Shown: positions 23,101-34,985, counted from the stretch's first letter. The stretch is DNA of 64,000 nucleotides from Macrostomum hystrix (GCA_950097015.1 CATNEN010000041.1:1612001-1676000), one strand, 5' to 3'. The notes: a model not told the origin generated them from the letters alone. Translations and numbers: made by a program.

Positions 23101-26100
23101 GTGGCCATCAGGAAGTCCCTGGAGGAGGTGGAGCGGCTGGAGGAGGACCGCAGCCTCGTGCTTGAGATACTCGACCTCAGCACCAAACTGTGCAGCAAGC
23201 ATGCCGTGAGTGACTGACTGGCTGACTGACTGACTGACTGACTGACTGACTGACTGACTGACTGACTGACTGACTGACTGACTGACTGACTGACTGACTG
23301 ACTGACTGACTGACCAAATTTGCCTATTTCAGCAACTGGAGGAGGTGATCAAGGACGCCCTGGAGTCGCTGAATCGTCAGCTAGAGAATGCCCGACGCCT
23401 GGACAACAGCCAGCAACAGCAGCAGCAGCTGGCGGCGGCGGCAGCAGCCACCGGGCAGCCAGGTGGGCAGTGCCGCATTGACCTGCTGACCAGCAGCCCG
23501 GGCGGCATCGCCAGCTACGCGCTGATCTTCTCTACGCCAGAGAAGAAGTCCCAGTGGGAGAACAGCTTCCTGGACACCAAGATGAAGCTGCTCTACAAGG
23601 GTGCTCAGATTCCGGACTTTCTTCAGACGCTGCAGATTGCCAAGATTCGTTCCGGAATGCAGGTGCAGAGGCCTGGGATGCTGGGGCGGGAGCCTGGGAG
23701 TGCACAGGCTGCAGAGTGGGATGCTTGGGCGGGAGCCTGGGAGTGCACGGGCTGCAGAGTGGGATGCTGGGGCGGGAGCCAGGGAGTGCACAGGCTGCAG
23801 AGTGGGATGCTTGGGCGGGAGCCTGGGAGTGCACAGGCTGTAGAGTGGGATGCTTGGGCGGGAGCCTGGGAGTGCACGGGCTGCAGAGTGGGATGCTGGG
23901 GCGGGAGCCAGGGAGTGCACGGGCTGCAGAGTGGGATGCTGGGGCGGGAGCAAGGGAGTGCACAGGCTGTAGAGTGGGATGCTGGGGCGGGAGCCAGGGA
24001 GTGCACAGGCTGCAGAGTGGGATGCTGGGGCGGGAGCCAGGGAGTGCACAGGCTGCAGAGTGGGATGCTTGGGCGGGAGCCTGGGAGTGCACAGGCTGTA
24101 GAGTGGGATGCTGGGGCGGGAGCCAGGGAGTGCACAGGCTGCAGAGTGGGATGGGTAGGCGCAAATCTGTTTAGCCTGACTGAAGGCTGCCCTTCGAGCC
24201 GGCCTCGTTGGTTTTTGCCACCTCCGTGTTTCGCTTGGCCCTTCACTGCCAGACCCTCCGATGTGTTCGCCTCTCACTTCGTGAATCCAAGCAGCAGCAG
24301 CAGCAGCTGATGCCGCAGCACGGCCGAAGCAACTGCGCTCGCCTTGAGAGAAAAGAAAGACTTCCTCACCTGCACTTTTACCGCTCGTGATCGGCCCCAG
24401 AATTGTGCCGCTGCCTCCCCTCCTCCTCCAGACCTTCCCGCGGCTGGCCCAGTGCAGATGCCTTTGCTGCCTATCTCTTTCCCCCAATCTCGCTTACCTG
24501 GGGCTCCCAGCCCTCAAGATGTTATTCTATTTCGTTTCTCCCAGCGTTCTTGCATGTTCGCAAGGCGCTTGATGTCCATTAACAGACTGCCTGCGGCACT
24601 CGCTGCGCCGCTCGGCTTCTGATTCAAGAAACGATAAAAAATTCCCACCTTCTTGCAACTTAGCCATGATTTCTTTGCACCTGCCTTCCCCCGGGTGCCG
24701 GCGGACTGCAAGCAGCTGAAATGAACTCCGAAGCCTGCAAGACCTGTTCTCAGAAGCCCAATCCCTGCTTCACCTTGACAGTTCACCTGCGGCGCCGCCA
24801 TTGAAGGCTACAATGAGAACAACTTTAGAGATGTTTGGATCTGCAAGTCTGACGGCTACATCAGCCACCTGTGCCTGCTGAGCCTGCAGCCCGAGCCCAT
24901 GGTGTCCATGAACACCCCGCTGCCCGGCTGCAACTCCCGCGTCAACTGCGTCTGCTCCGTGCCGGCCTACGCGGGGCTGCTCAAAAGGTTCGCCTCAAGT
25001 TGCCTACTTCAACAGTAGAAAGATTTTTTCCCTCGGGAAAGACACGATGGGTATTTCAAATACTCATTGCCTATACTTAGCTCCCAAACCGAGAGCAGGA
25101 ACAAAGGCTGACACAGCCTCCGCACGCAGGCCAACACCCGCCGCGCCCCAAACGGACAGACCGGCGAGCGCACGCAGCACACCCAGCCGTTTACATCACC
25201 TTACCGACCTTGCCGAGTTGGCTGATTGGTTGAATATTCTAAGAGATACGGAAAAAGGAAAATGTGTATATTTAAAATACCTTTGTATTTTCGTAGTAAC
25301 GCGATGAGGCTTATGGAGTTACTTGAAACATGAAAAGTAGAAAAATAGGTGAAGTCTGAATGTGACAACTGGCCCATGCGAGCACCACCGAACCTCCTCG
25401 AACCCCCACGGCAGCAGGCAGGGCAGCGAGCACCGGCGTCGGTCGCGGGCGCACGCTCTGACGGAGCCGATCGCCGAGGCAGAAACGCCGGCTGACGGCC
25501 AGGCGCCGCCGCTGCCGCCGCGGACGCAGACGATTCCGGAGGCCGCCGGGGAAGCCGGCCAGGAGGCGGGAGCCGGCGAAACTTCGACAGCCCGGCCGGA
25601 CCAGGAGGCAATGCCACCGCCTGTGACCAACGCCGCTGGTGATACCAGTGACGACGATGACTCATCGTCGGACAGCTACGACGCGGTGGATCCCCACGCC
25701 GACGAGTCCTCCAGCCCGGAGGCGTTCGGCAAGTCGGTCGCGCAGACGCAGGCGTCATCGGGCTCCGCGGACTCAGCGCTGGCCGCAAGTCCCAGCGTGA
25801 AGTCGAAGAAGCTCAGCGACCCCTACAAAGGCACGATGTGGCTGGGATGCGAGGACGGCTGGATCTACGTGTACTATTGCACAGACAACATCCGCACCAG
25901 CCGCTCCAGGCAGAAGGTGAAGCAGAAGGCCGGCGTCACCTCCATCATCCATCTGGACGGTCGGGTCTACGTCTGCCTGCAGAGCGGAGAGATCGCGGTC
26001 TACAGGCGGAAGCCGGGTGAGTTCGCAGGAAATCGACACTTTTTATCATGCTGAATTTATGAGAACAGTCAGCACCAGAACCAGCTGCCCGCTTGGCATT

Positions 26101-27447
26101 CAGAGGACGGCCTGTGGGACTTCGACAACCACCGCATGATTTTGGTGAAGGAGAAGAAGCCGCTGAAGCAGATGGTCGCGGTGGCTGGCAAAGTGTGGTG
26201 CGGCTCGCAGAAGGACATCACAGTGGTCAACCCGGCGTCCGAGAGCTCCGAGTCGACCTTCACAGTCGGGCACCAGAGCGGGCGGCGCAGCGTCCAGGCG
26301 ATGGTGTGCTCGGGCTACGCGGTCTGGATTGCCCTGGAGAACTCCACGAAGGTGTTTCTCTACCACGCCCTGTCAGCCGAGTTCCTCCTGGAGATGGATC
26401 TGTCGGCCGCGGTCAACCAGAAGCTCGGATGTGAGTTTTCAATTGTTTCTTTGAAAGCTGCGATGCTCCAGTGTAGCTTAATACCGTCCACGTGACTTCC
26501 ACATCCAAGGCTGCGACGAGATTGTTCGTCAGCACAAGTCCGCCTGCCTGCGCATCACCTGCCTGCTGGTCTGCAAGGACCTGCTGTGGGTCGGCACCAG
26601 CGCTGGCGTTATCGTGGTCATCCCTCTGCTGAAGGTATCGTCAACCACTGGCGCCGGCTCTCTGAAGCCTCCTTCGGTGACTGGTGAGCTTGAAGCCCTG
26701 CAGCTGATGGCCTGAAGGATGCGTGGAGTAGCGGTTGATGCCCTGAAGGACGCGGGGAGTAGCGGCTGATGGCCTGGAGGATGCAGGGGGTAGCGGCTGA
26801 TGGCCTGAAGGATGCAGGGGGTAGCGGCTGATGGCCTGGAGGATGCAGGGAGTAGCGGCTGATGGCCTGGAGGATGCAGGGAGTAGAGGCTGATGGCCTG
26901 GAGGATGCAGGGGGTATAGCGGCTAATGGCCTGGAGGATGCAGGGAGTAGAGGCTGATGGCCTGAAGGATGCAGGGGGTAGCGGCTGATGGCCTGGAGGA
27001 TGCAGGGGGTAGCGGCTGATGGCCTGGAGGATGCAGGGAGTAGCGGCTGATGGCCTGGAGGATGCAGGGGGTATAGCGGCTAATGGCTCACAAAAACAAC
27101 CCGCAGCGCTGAACTATGGCCACACGGGTCACGTGCGCTTCCTGGCAGCCGTGGAGAAGGCCCGCGGCCCCGGCGGCGTCCCTGGCGTCGGCGGGATCGG
27201 TGTCGGTGGCCACCGGCCCACCCCCGTGCAGGCGGCCCGACGCGCTTCGCTGTCCCCGGTGACCACGCTGGCTTCGCAGATGCTGGTGCTGTCCGGTGGG
27301 GCGGGCTTCGAGGAGTTCGCCAGCGAAGGCGGCGGTGCGGCAGCTGCAGTCGCCGGTGGCACAGGCAGCAGCGGCATCGCCAGCGCCGGCAATTCTGAAG
27401 TTGGCAAAGACGACACCGTGAATCACCTGCTAATCTTCCAGGTGTGA
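14155..27447 (+). CDS. ARHGEF17: Rho guanine nucleotide exchange factor 17-like (DH-PH plus C-terminal beta-propeller), about 1288 aa; exons 14155-14779, 14905-15167, 16428-16505, 16734-16907, 17539-17655, 18747-18839, 19693-19863, 22368-22525, 22998-23205, 23333-23662, 24782-24987, about 25415-26016, 26104-26430, 26510-26683, 27107-27447
   Basis: DH motifs KRYHIVKELVDVEKEYVESL, VDEIFYRVPELYAHHSIFL and LIIKPVQRIPRYELLLK|RLLEHTPEGHPD. C-terminal motifs VWICKSDGY, GTMWLGCEDGWIYVY, LLWVGTSAGVI and GHTGHVRFLAA are typical of ARHGEF17. The exon sum of 3867 nt is divisible by 3. Confidence 0.92.
15225..15405. repeat. 25-bp minisatellite, about 7 copies, ARHGEF17 intron 2
   Basis: Unit GAGTGACAACCAGAGTGACTGTTT(A/G). 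Confidence 0.9.
17275..17468. repeat. 44-bp minisatellite, about 4.5 copies, ARHGEF17 intron 4
   Basis: Unit GGTACTCAGTGAGGTGTCAGGTCCATGGGAGTTGGACA(C/G)TTTGT. Confidence 0.93.
19178..19465. repeat. 30-bp minisatellite, about 9.5 copies, ARHGEF17 intron 6
   Basis: Unit CGTTCAGTACATTAGACCAGCCGTTCAAAA. Confidence 0.95.
19880..21482. repeat. 23-bp minisatellite, about 70 copies, ARHGEF17 intron 7
   Basis: Units ATGCTGCTTCAAGGATGTTCAGT / ATGCTGCTTCAAGGATGTTCTGC; the array starts about 16 bp after the donor at 19864. Confidence 0.97.
22538..22748. repeat. 21-bp G-rich minisatellite, about 10 copies, ARHGEF17 intron 8
   Basis: Unit GGGGACTGGGGTGTCAGGCCT. Confidence 0.95.
23208..23314. repeat. (GACT)n microsatellite, about 26 copies, filling most of ARHGEF17 intron 9 (23206-23332)
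   Basis: Near-pure tetranucleotide run starting immediately after the GTGAGT donor. Confidence 0.98.
23665..24152. repeat. 43-bp G-rich minisatellite, about 11 copies, ARHGEF17 intron 10
   Basis: Unit GAGTGGGATGCTGGGGCGGGAGCCAGGGAGTGCACAGGCTGCA. Confidence 0.95.
26700..27087. repeat. About 31-bp minisatellite, about 12 copies, last ARHGEF17 intron
   Basis: Unit GCGGCTGATGGCCTGGAGGATGCAGGG(G/A)GTA. Confidence 0.94.
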
Positions 27448-27752
27448 CACACTTTTCAGCAGAGCGACAAGAACGCAGAGCCTTCATGCGAATCCAGTGT
27501 ACAGTCAGTCAGGCATTATCAATAAAAACTCAATTTGACAATCGAACAGAACAAGCGCCGCCCATCTGCAGCCCCCCTAGCTGTCATTGCTTGGAATTGC
27601 TTCTGAAACCTCAATAAATAAAGTCCTGCAGCAGAGACAGCTGCTTGCTTTCTGTTTGCACATATCTGCAAAAACTGCATCTGGCTTCGCTTCCTTCTCG
27701 GCCTTCTAAATTCTAAAGTTAAACAGCGCTCTGCTGGCCCTCCGTGATATCT

Positions 27753-28225
27753 CACAGGTGTGCGGCCTGTCTAACAGGTCTGCGGCCTGTCTAACAGGTG
27801 TGCGGCCTGTCTAACAGGTGTGCGGCCTGTCTAACAGGTGTGCGGCCTGTCTAACAGGTGTGCGGCCTGTCTAACAGGTGTGCGGCCTGTCTAACAGGTG
27901 TGCGGCCTGTCTAACAGGTGTGCGGCCTGTCTAACAGGTGTGCGGCCTGTCTAACAGGTGTGCGGCCTGTCTAACAGGTGTGCGGCCTGTCTAACAGGTG
28001 TGCGGCCTGTCCAACAGGTGTGCGGCCTGTCTAACGGGTGTATAGTCTGTCTAACAAGTGTATAGTCTGTCTAACAGGTGTATAGTCTGTCTAACAAGTG
28101 TATAGTCTGTCTAACAGGTGTATAGTCTGTCTAACGGGTGTATAGTCTGTCTAACAAGTGTATAGTCTGTCTAACGGGTGTGTGGTTTGTCTAGACAGGT
28201 GCATAATCTGTCTAACAGGTGCGTG
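27753..28225. repeat. 20-bp minisatellite, about 23 copies, downstream of the ARHGEF17 stop
   Basis: Unit CTAACAGGTGTGCGGCCTGT, grading into CTAACA(A/G)GTGTATAGTCTGT at the right end. Confidence 0.96.
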
Positions 28226-28607
28226 TTAAACCAGGTCTTGAAACTTGAAAAATGAGCACTGATAGCACTTTTTACTATATATATACTATATATATTGAAT
28301 AAGAGAGCAGTAAAACAGTAGAAAGTATGCTTTAGTATATAATATATTTAACATTAAAACTTCAGCTTTCAAATTAAAATAATCTATGCATTTTTAAGAA
28401 TTTTAAGACTTTTCCAATAGCTAATCGATACCGCAGTGCCTTTAAACGACTCAAATAATTAGAAGCTTTTCACAGTGGAAACGAATGTTGGTGCCACAAC
28501 TACGAGTCTACAACCACAAACTCTCGTAGTTCTTACTTTAATAACATATACTCATTAAGAACAGTGAACTTGGCATGCCCAATGAATGACGGTTGCTACA
28601 TAATGGT

Positions 28608-28887
28608 CCTACGGTTGCTACCCAATGGTCCCTCGGTTGCTATACAGTGGTCCATCGGTTGCTACCTAATGGTCTTACGGTTGCTACCCAATGGTCCTTC
28701 GGTTGCTACCCAATGGTCCTTCGGTTGCTACCCAATGGTCCTTCGGTTGCTACCCAATGGTCCTTCGGTTGCTACCCAATGGTCCTTCGGTTGCTACCCA
28801 ATGGTCCTTCGGTTGCTACCCAATGGTCCTTCGGTTGCTACCCAATGGTCCTTCGGTTGCTACCCAATGGTCCTTCGGTTGCTACCT
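28608..28887. repeat. 22-bp minisatellite, about 12 copies
   Basis: Unit CCCAATGGTCCTTCGGTTGCTA. Confidence 0.96.
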
Positions 28888-28937
28888 ATTTAGTTTTTCA
28901 GTTGTCAGTTAAGGCTTTTTGGGTCCAAGGACTGTGC

Positions 28938-31692
28938 TCAGTTGAACACAGGGTTGTCCCGGCTGACATTGAACTGGCTGTGGAACACGTTCGCGTTGCC
29001 GGGTACAGGTGAGCCGCGGTAGGCAAGCTGCGGGAAGGCCCGGCCCTGAGTTGACACGGATGAGCGGCGGGACCAGGCCGTGCTGTCTGCAGCTGCTGTT
29101 GTGGTCAGTTCAGGTGGAGGACATTGGACATTGTTGAAACTATTGGCTACTCTCACTTCACTCGAATACCCTGAGCCCATCCATTCACACAGCCACCCTC
29201 AGCCCATCCATTCACACAGCCACCCTCAGCCCGTCCATTCACACAGCCACTCTCAGCCCAACCATTCACACAGCCACCCTCAGCCCATCCATTCATACAG
29301 CCACTCTCAGCCCAACCATTCACACAGCCACCCTCAGCCCATCCATTCATACAGCCACTCTCAGCCCATCCATTCATACAGCCACCCTCAGCCCATCAAT
29401 TGACACAGTCACCCTCAGCCCATCCATTCACACAGTCACCCTCAGCCCATCCATTCACTTTCCTAATTTTCTAAACAACATGTACAGAACACTCACACAC
29501 GCATTTATCTACTTCTGAGTAGTTCATACAGAACTTTAATCTAAAATTTTTGATACGTACCCACATCGTCCGTCCAGCTTTTTCGTCCGACGGACTGCTG
29601 ATAGCTCTGGTAGCCAAGACCCGGCTGCTGCTGTTGTTGAAGCGGCAGCTCGTCAATCGGGATCTGCCGGGTCACCGTCCACTCCTCCACCTTGAACGGA
29701 GTGCTCATTCGCGTCTCCACGCCCTGGTCCTCCTTTCGCTCCAGGAACTCGCGCAGGTGGTCGTACCGCCCGGCGCCCTCAACCGGCTGTGTCGTCGCGC
29801 TGTGGTATTCGGTCCACTCTTCGAAGTTAAGGTTCTCCACGCTGCCGATCGAATGCCGTCGATCGCGACGTTCACCGCCGCTCCTGATGGCGCGGGTCTC
29901 AAACGACCGGGCGCGCCGGGCCGGGTTCGAGCTGCCGACGGCCTCTGCGGAATCCAACAGGCGCCTGTAGCCTTCAATCGAGTCTTGACTGTTGACGACC
30001 TGCCGCGGCGACGGAGAAGATCGTCCCTTGCCGGACCTCCGCGTCTCGTAGCCCGTGACGGCCTGCACAGCGGGAATTCGCTCGTACACAGTCCACTCCT
30101 CTTTGAGGAAGACTTCTGGCGTCTTTGACTGATCGCGACTCCCAGCAGCTGCCTGACGAAGTCGCTCCTTTTCTTCGCTAAATTCTTTACGATTTTCCTC
30201 TTCCACTTCGTGACGTTGACGACGCTCTTCTTCCTCACGACGCCGACGACGCTCTTCTTCCTCGCGGTGCCGACGACGCTCTTCTTCCTCGCGATGCCGA
30301 CGACGCTCTTCTTCCTCGCGATGCCGATGATGCTCTTCTTCCTTGCGACTTCGACGCTTCTCCCCCTCCTCGTGATATCCGCGTTGCTGGACATCTTCCG
30401 TTTTTCGTGTATTTCTGTCCTGCTTTCCTGAGTTTTCGTCCAGGTAACGTCGATAACCAACAACCGAGTCTGAGCTATCGTAGTGCTGCAGCAGCTGCGC
30501 TGGTGCAGGGGGTGATTGTGACCTCGGCCGTACCTGCTGATGCACCACCGGCACCGTCTCGTACACTGTCCATTCCTCCCGTCGGAAAATATCAGGAGTC
30601 TTATTGGCCACTTCTCGCCTCCTGAGCTCTTCTTGGCGCCGTTGCCGCTCTTCCGCCTCCTTGAGGTCACGCCTCTCGCGTTTCTCCTCTTCCGCCTTGC
30701 GCCTTCTGTCCCGCTCGGCCGCCTCAGCCCAGAGGTGCCTCTCCCGGTCCTCTGCGTCAGCCATCCGCCTCCGCTCCACCTCCTCCGCTTCCTCCCGACG
30801 CCGACGCTCCGAGGACTCGCGCTGCAGCCGCCGACGCTCCGCCTCCTCCGCCTCCTCCCGACGCCGACGCTCCGAGGCTTCACTCTGAAGTCGCCGCCGC
30901 TCCGCCTCCTCCGCCTCTTCCTTCTTCCGCCTTGCTTCGCGCCTGTCTATGGTGTCGGCCACCGGCAGAGTCTCGTAGACGGTCCACTGCTCGGTCTGCT
31001 CGGCGGGGCGCAGGTCGCCTCTTGAACCCGTCGGACTGTCCCGCTCCAAGATGGTGCGCGAGACGTAGCGCGTCTTCTTCGTGACAAAACGCGGCTGCGG
31101 GGGTCGCAAGTCCCGGCTGCTGTTGTACTGCACTGGCGAGCCGTCCGAGGGCTTCTGTTTACCGGCGGCCAGGTTTGAGTCGGACTGCAGCGGGCTCGCT
31201 GCATCATCATCATCGTCCACTGGAGTCTGGACGATCCGGATTCTGGCCGGCTTGCCGATCGGAGTGAAGCCTAAGTTGGTCGGTGAAGATTGCTTCGGCG
31301 ACGGGGCACGCGGCGGCTGCTGCAGCTTCAATGGCTGCGACAGCTGCGGTTGCTTCGGCTGCTGCTGCAGTGGTGCATGCTGAGGCGACGGCGTTAACGC
31401 CAGTTGCGGCCGTGGCTGCGGTTGCGGCGGTGGCTGCGGAGGCGGCGGTGCCGATGGCTGGGTCCGTCTATCGGACGGCAGGCGGCGAACTGGCACCGGG
31501 ACCTTCTTAAGAGACTCGTTCGAAGCCTGGCGCTGAGAGAACAGGCTGGCCAAAGAGCTCACGTGGCCCTTCTTGATGCCGGCCTCGGGTTCAATGTGGC
31601 TTTGCTGCTGCTGCTGCTGATGCTGCCGACGCAGAGTCTGGTTGTTCATGACGTCCTCCGCGGTTTTGAAAGCTGTTTTGGATTCTCTAAGT
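28938..31692 (-). CDS. Uncharacterised, largely disordered E/R-rich protein with repeated EEWTVY motifs; large exon 31692-29561 (first ATG 31649) spliced to about 29086-28938; possible further upstream exons
   Basis: A non-repetitive 2.1-kb GC-rich ORF with protein-like content (poly-Q, Pro-rich stretch, ER/K helices). It is bounded by a TTTTCAG acceptor at 31693 and a GTACGT donor at 29560. A phase-compatible last exon ends at TGA 28938. No recognisable family. Confidence 0.75.
29174..29458. repeat. 27-bp minisatellite, about 10 copies, in the intron of the EEWTVY-motif gene
   Basis: Unit CAGCCCATCCATTCACACAGCCACCCT. Confidence 0.95.
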
Positions 31693-31738
31693 CTGAAAAT
31701 AATTTTTAAGAAAGGAGCCGAACAGATTCTCGCCCGCA

Positions 31739-31972
31739 ATGGCAGCCGCAGCTGCCTATTTAGCTGCCGCGGTCTTCGCCTTGTGCCTGTCGGTTCCCAC
31801 GGACCCCGCCCTGGCGGCTCGCAGCCGCTTGTCGCCTCAGCTCAACTTATTCGGCCTTTATTTGCGAAAAGCTGCCGAGTTTTTACTGCCGTTGGAATCA
31901 GAGGCAATAAAAGCTGCGGGCGAGCAAACTTTTGCCCGGGAAACTCGGCAAAATGGGACTCTTTTGTCCTAG
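31739..31972 (+). CDS. Possible small secreted protein (77 aa) with signal-peptide-like N-terminus
   Basis: ATG in gcaATGg context; MAAAAAYLAAAVFALCLSVPTDPALA is hydrophobic with an AxA end. No homology recognised. Confidence 0.25.
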   Translation: MAAAAAYLAAAVFALCLSVPTDPALAARSRLSPQLNLFGLYLRKAAEFLLPLESEAIKAAGEQTFARETRQNGTLLS

Positions 31973-32016
31973 GTTTCTCCACAGCTCACATCCTTCTCCT
32001 CTCCGCCCAGTTCCCC

Positions 32017-32603
32017 CCTCACCTGTCTCATCTCCATCCACAGTTTTCTCACCTGTCTCATCTCCATTAACAGTCTTCTCTCACCTGTCTCATCTCCATC
32101 CACAGTCTTCTCTCACCTACTGCATCTCCATCCACAGTCTTCTCTCACCTGTCTCATCTCCATCCACAGTATTCTCTCACCTGTCTCATCTCCATCCACA
32201 GTCTTCTCTCACCTGTCTCATCTCCATCCACAGTCTTCTCTCACCTGTCTCATCTCCATCCACAGTCTTCTCTCACCTGTCTCATCTCCATCCACAGTCT
32301 TCTCTCACCTGTCTCATCTCTATCCACAGTCTTCTCTCACCTGTCTCATCTCCATCCACAGTTTTCTCTCACCTGTCTCATCTCCATCCACAGTCTTCTC
32401 TCACCTGCTGCATCTCCATCCACAGTCTTCTCTCACCTGTCTCATCTCCATCCACAGTCTTCTCTCACCTACTGCATCTCCATCCACAGTCTTCTCTCAC
32501 CTGTCTCATCTCCATCCACAGTCTTCGCTCACCTGTCTCATCTCCATCCACAGTCTTCTCTCACCTGTCTCATCTCCATCCACAGTCTTCTCTCACCTGT
32601 CTA
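32017..32603. repeat. 32-bp minisatellite, about 18 copies
   Basis: Unit TCTCACCTGTCTCATCTCCATCCACAGTCTTC. Confidence 0.96.
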
Positions 32604-33219
32604 TTCTCCAGCCTCCTTCAATCCTTGAGCAGTCTAAGGTCCAGCACTAACTAACCAAATGAGCAGTGCTCACCATCAAAGTGAGCCGTTACAAAGAAGT
32701 GGAGTCATAAATGATGCCGCCAGAACTGCAACAAAGGGCAAGATAATGGGAATTCTCTTTAGTGCTGTGGGATCCTTCGTACTGGGGATCGCATGACTTC
32801 CAGCTAATGACCGCCCACCCTGGCGACAAGATGTGTCCTCGCCGTCTCCGTCTCTCCCTCTGTTTCCATTGCTTTTTGGGCGAAGCCGCGCCTTCATCTG
32901 GCCCACCCCACCCTCCGCACTGCACTAATGACTTAGCTGGGAAATACAATTCCCAGGCAACTCGCTAGCAAATTTATGCGCCCACTCAACTCTCCAAAGC
33001 TGTCTTCATTCGCTAAAGAGCTCACTGAGCACAGCAAGAGAATTGAGCAGTGGACAACGGTCGGCAACGCGAAAGCAGCCAGTCAAACTGCTTGTTGGTG
33101 CGTGCGGACTCGGCCCTCAGCTTATTATTATTTTCCAGCTGCATTGTGCCTCGCGTGATTTGCTAGCAAAGCCTGAGTGCCCGCTTTGCTGTTCTCGTCA
33201 TGCGTTTTTAATATTCATC

Positions 33220-33860
33220 TGGTTTTCTGGTCATCTGATTTTCTGGTCATTTAGTTTTCTGGTCATCTGGCTTTTTGGTCATCTGGTTTTCCGATCATCT
33301 GTTTATCTGGTCTTTTTTTTCTGGTCATCTGGTCATCTGGTCATTTGATTTTATGATCATCTGTTTATCTGGTTTTCTGATCATCTGTTTATCTGGTCAT
33401 TTGATTTTCTGGTCTTCTGGTCATCTGATCATCTGGTTTTCTAATCATCTGTTTATCTGGTCATTTTTTTTCTGGTCATCTCGTCATCTGGTCATTTGAT
33501 TTTCTGATCATCTGTTTATCTGGCCATTTGATTTTCTGGTCATCTGGTCATCTGGTTTTCTGGTCTACTGGCTTTTTGGTCATCTGATTTTCTGGACATC
33601 TGGTCATCTGAGCATCTGGTTTTCTGATCATCTGGTTTTCTGATCATCTGGTCATCTGGTCATTTGATTTTCTGGTCTTCTGTTCATCTGGTCATCTGGT
33701 CATTTGATTTTCTGGTCATCTGGTCATCTTCTTTTCTGGTCTTCTGATCATCTGGTCATCTGGTCATTTGATTTTCTGGTCATCTGGTCATCTTGTTTTG
33801 TGGTCTTCTGATCATCTGGTCATCTGGTATTTTGATTTTCTGGTCATCTTCTTTTCTTGT
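33220..33860. repeat. Degenerate repeat built on 8-9-bp TCTGGTCA / TCTGGTTTT motifs
   Basis: Dozens of TCTGGTCA(T) motifs with T-rich spacers. Confidence 0.9.
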
Positions 33861-34669
33861 CATAAGGCTTTTCTGACCATTTAGCCAAAGCAACGCAACA
33901 AATTGAGACTCAACTGGATTTAGCGCCGTCTTCTCGCCCAGAGGACAATTCAATTATCTGCTAATCCTGCTCAGATCTCCTCTGCGCCTTTCAGATCGCT
34001 AAGTCGGCCGTAGATTCGCTCACTCGACTCAACCGTCACTCCGCCTCAGCTCCTCCCCTAGTGCCTTTAATCCGCAGGGCCGAGACTCGCTGTCTCACCC
34101 CCCGGCCAGGCTCTCCCAGCGACTCCACATCGGGCACATCAGGGGGGGGGGAATTTGCATGAAGACCGGGGCAATAAAAATGCAGATCGCAGAATCCCAG
34201 ACTCAAATGCCGGCCTCTCAAAAGCCAACAAGTGCGGCAAGCAGGCCGGATGGGAAGGCGGGGAAGTTTCCCGTTTATCTGTTGACGAGACCGCCGGCCC
34301 GCAGCCGACAATCTCGCTGCTTGTATCTCACAGCTCCATCTGGCTGCGTTCAGAAAGTGCGACCTAGAAATTCGTCTCTTTTAACAGGCCCCCCACTCGA
34401 CTGGGTTCGATTCCACACATGGCAGAAGGGGGAAGTGGCACAGCAACAGACGGGACGCAGATGCCCGGTTTCCGAGTGGCCTCGGTCACCTTTTAGTTAG
34501 GAAACATCTGCAAGGGATCGAACCCCACCCCGTGCGGCGTCTGATGAGGGCAGGCGAAGCTGCTGGCAAACAGGGGAATTCTCCAGCACCTCAGAGCCCC
34601 TGCCACCTTCACCGCAGCACAGCGCAACCTCGGTTGCTGGCACTGAGACTGCAAAATTAATTTATTGAT

Positions 34670-34985
34670 TGGCAGAGTGACATAGAGAGTGACATGGAAG
34701 AGTGACACAGAGAGTGACATGGAAGAGTGCCTCGGAAGACTGACATGGAGAGTGACACGGAAAAGTGAAATGAAGAGTGACTTGAAGAGAGTAATATGGA
34801 GTGACATCGAGTGACATGGAGAGTGACATGTAGTGACACGAAGAGTGACATTGAAGAGCGACAGAGAGAGTGACAAAGAAAAGTGAAATGAAGAGTGACT
34901 TGGAGAGAGTGACATAGAGAGTGACATGGAGTGACATGGAGAGTGGCATGTTGAGTGACAGGGAGAGTGACACGGAGAGTGAACC
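34670..34985. repeat. Degenerate GAGTGACA(T)-based purine-rich repeat
   Basis: Many GAGTGAC motifs at 9-13-bp spacing. Confidence 0.88.

Noticed and set aside
15432-24780. Short ORFs in GC-balanced non-repeat parts of ARHGEF17 introns as a nested gene
   Set aside because: No recognisable domains and no consistent exon chain could be built on either strand.
34404-34524. Two Pol III B-box-like motifs (GGTTCGATTCC on plus, GGTTCGATCCC on minus)
   Set aside because: No A box or cloverleaf at the proper distance.
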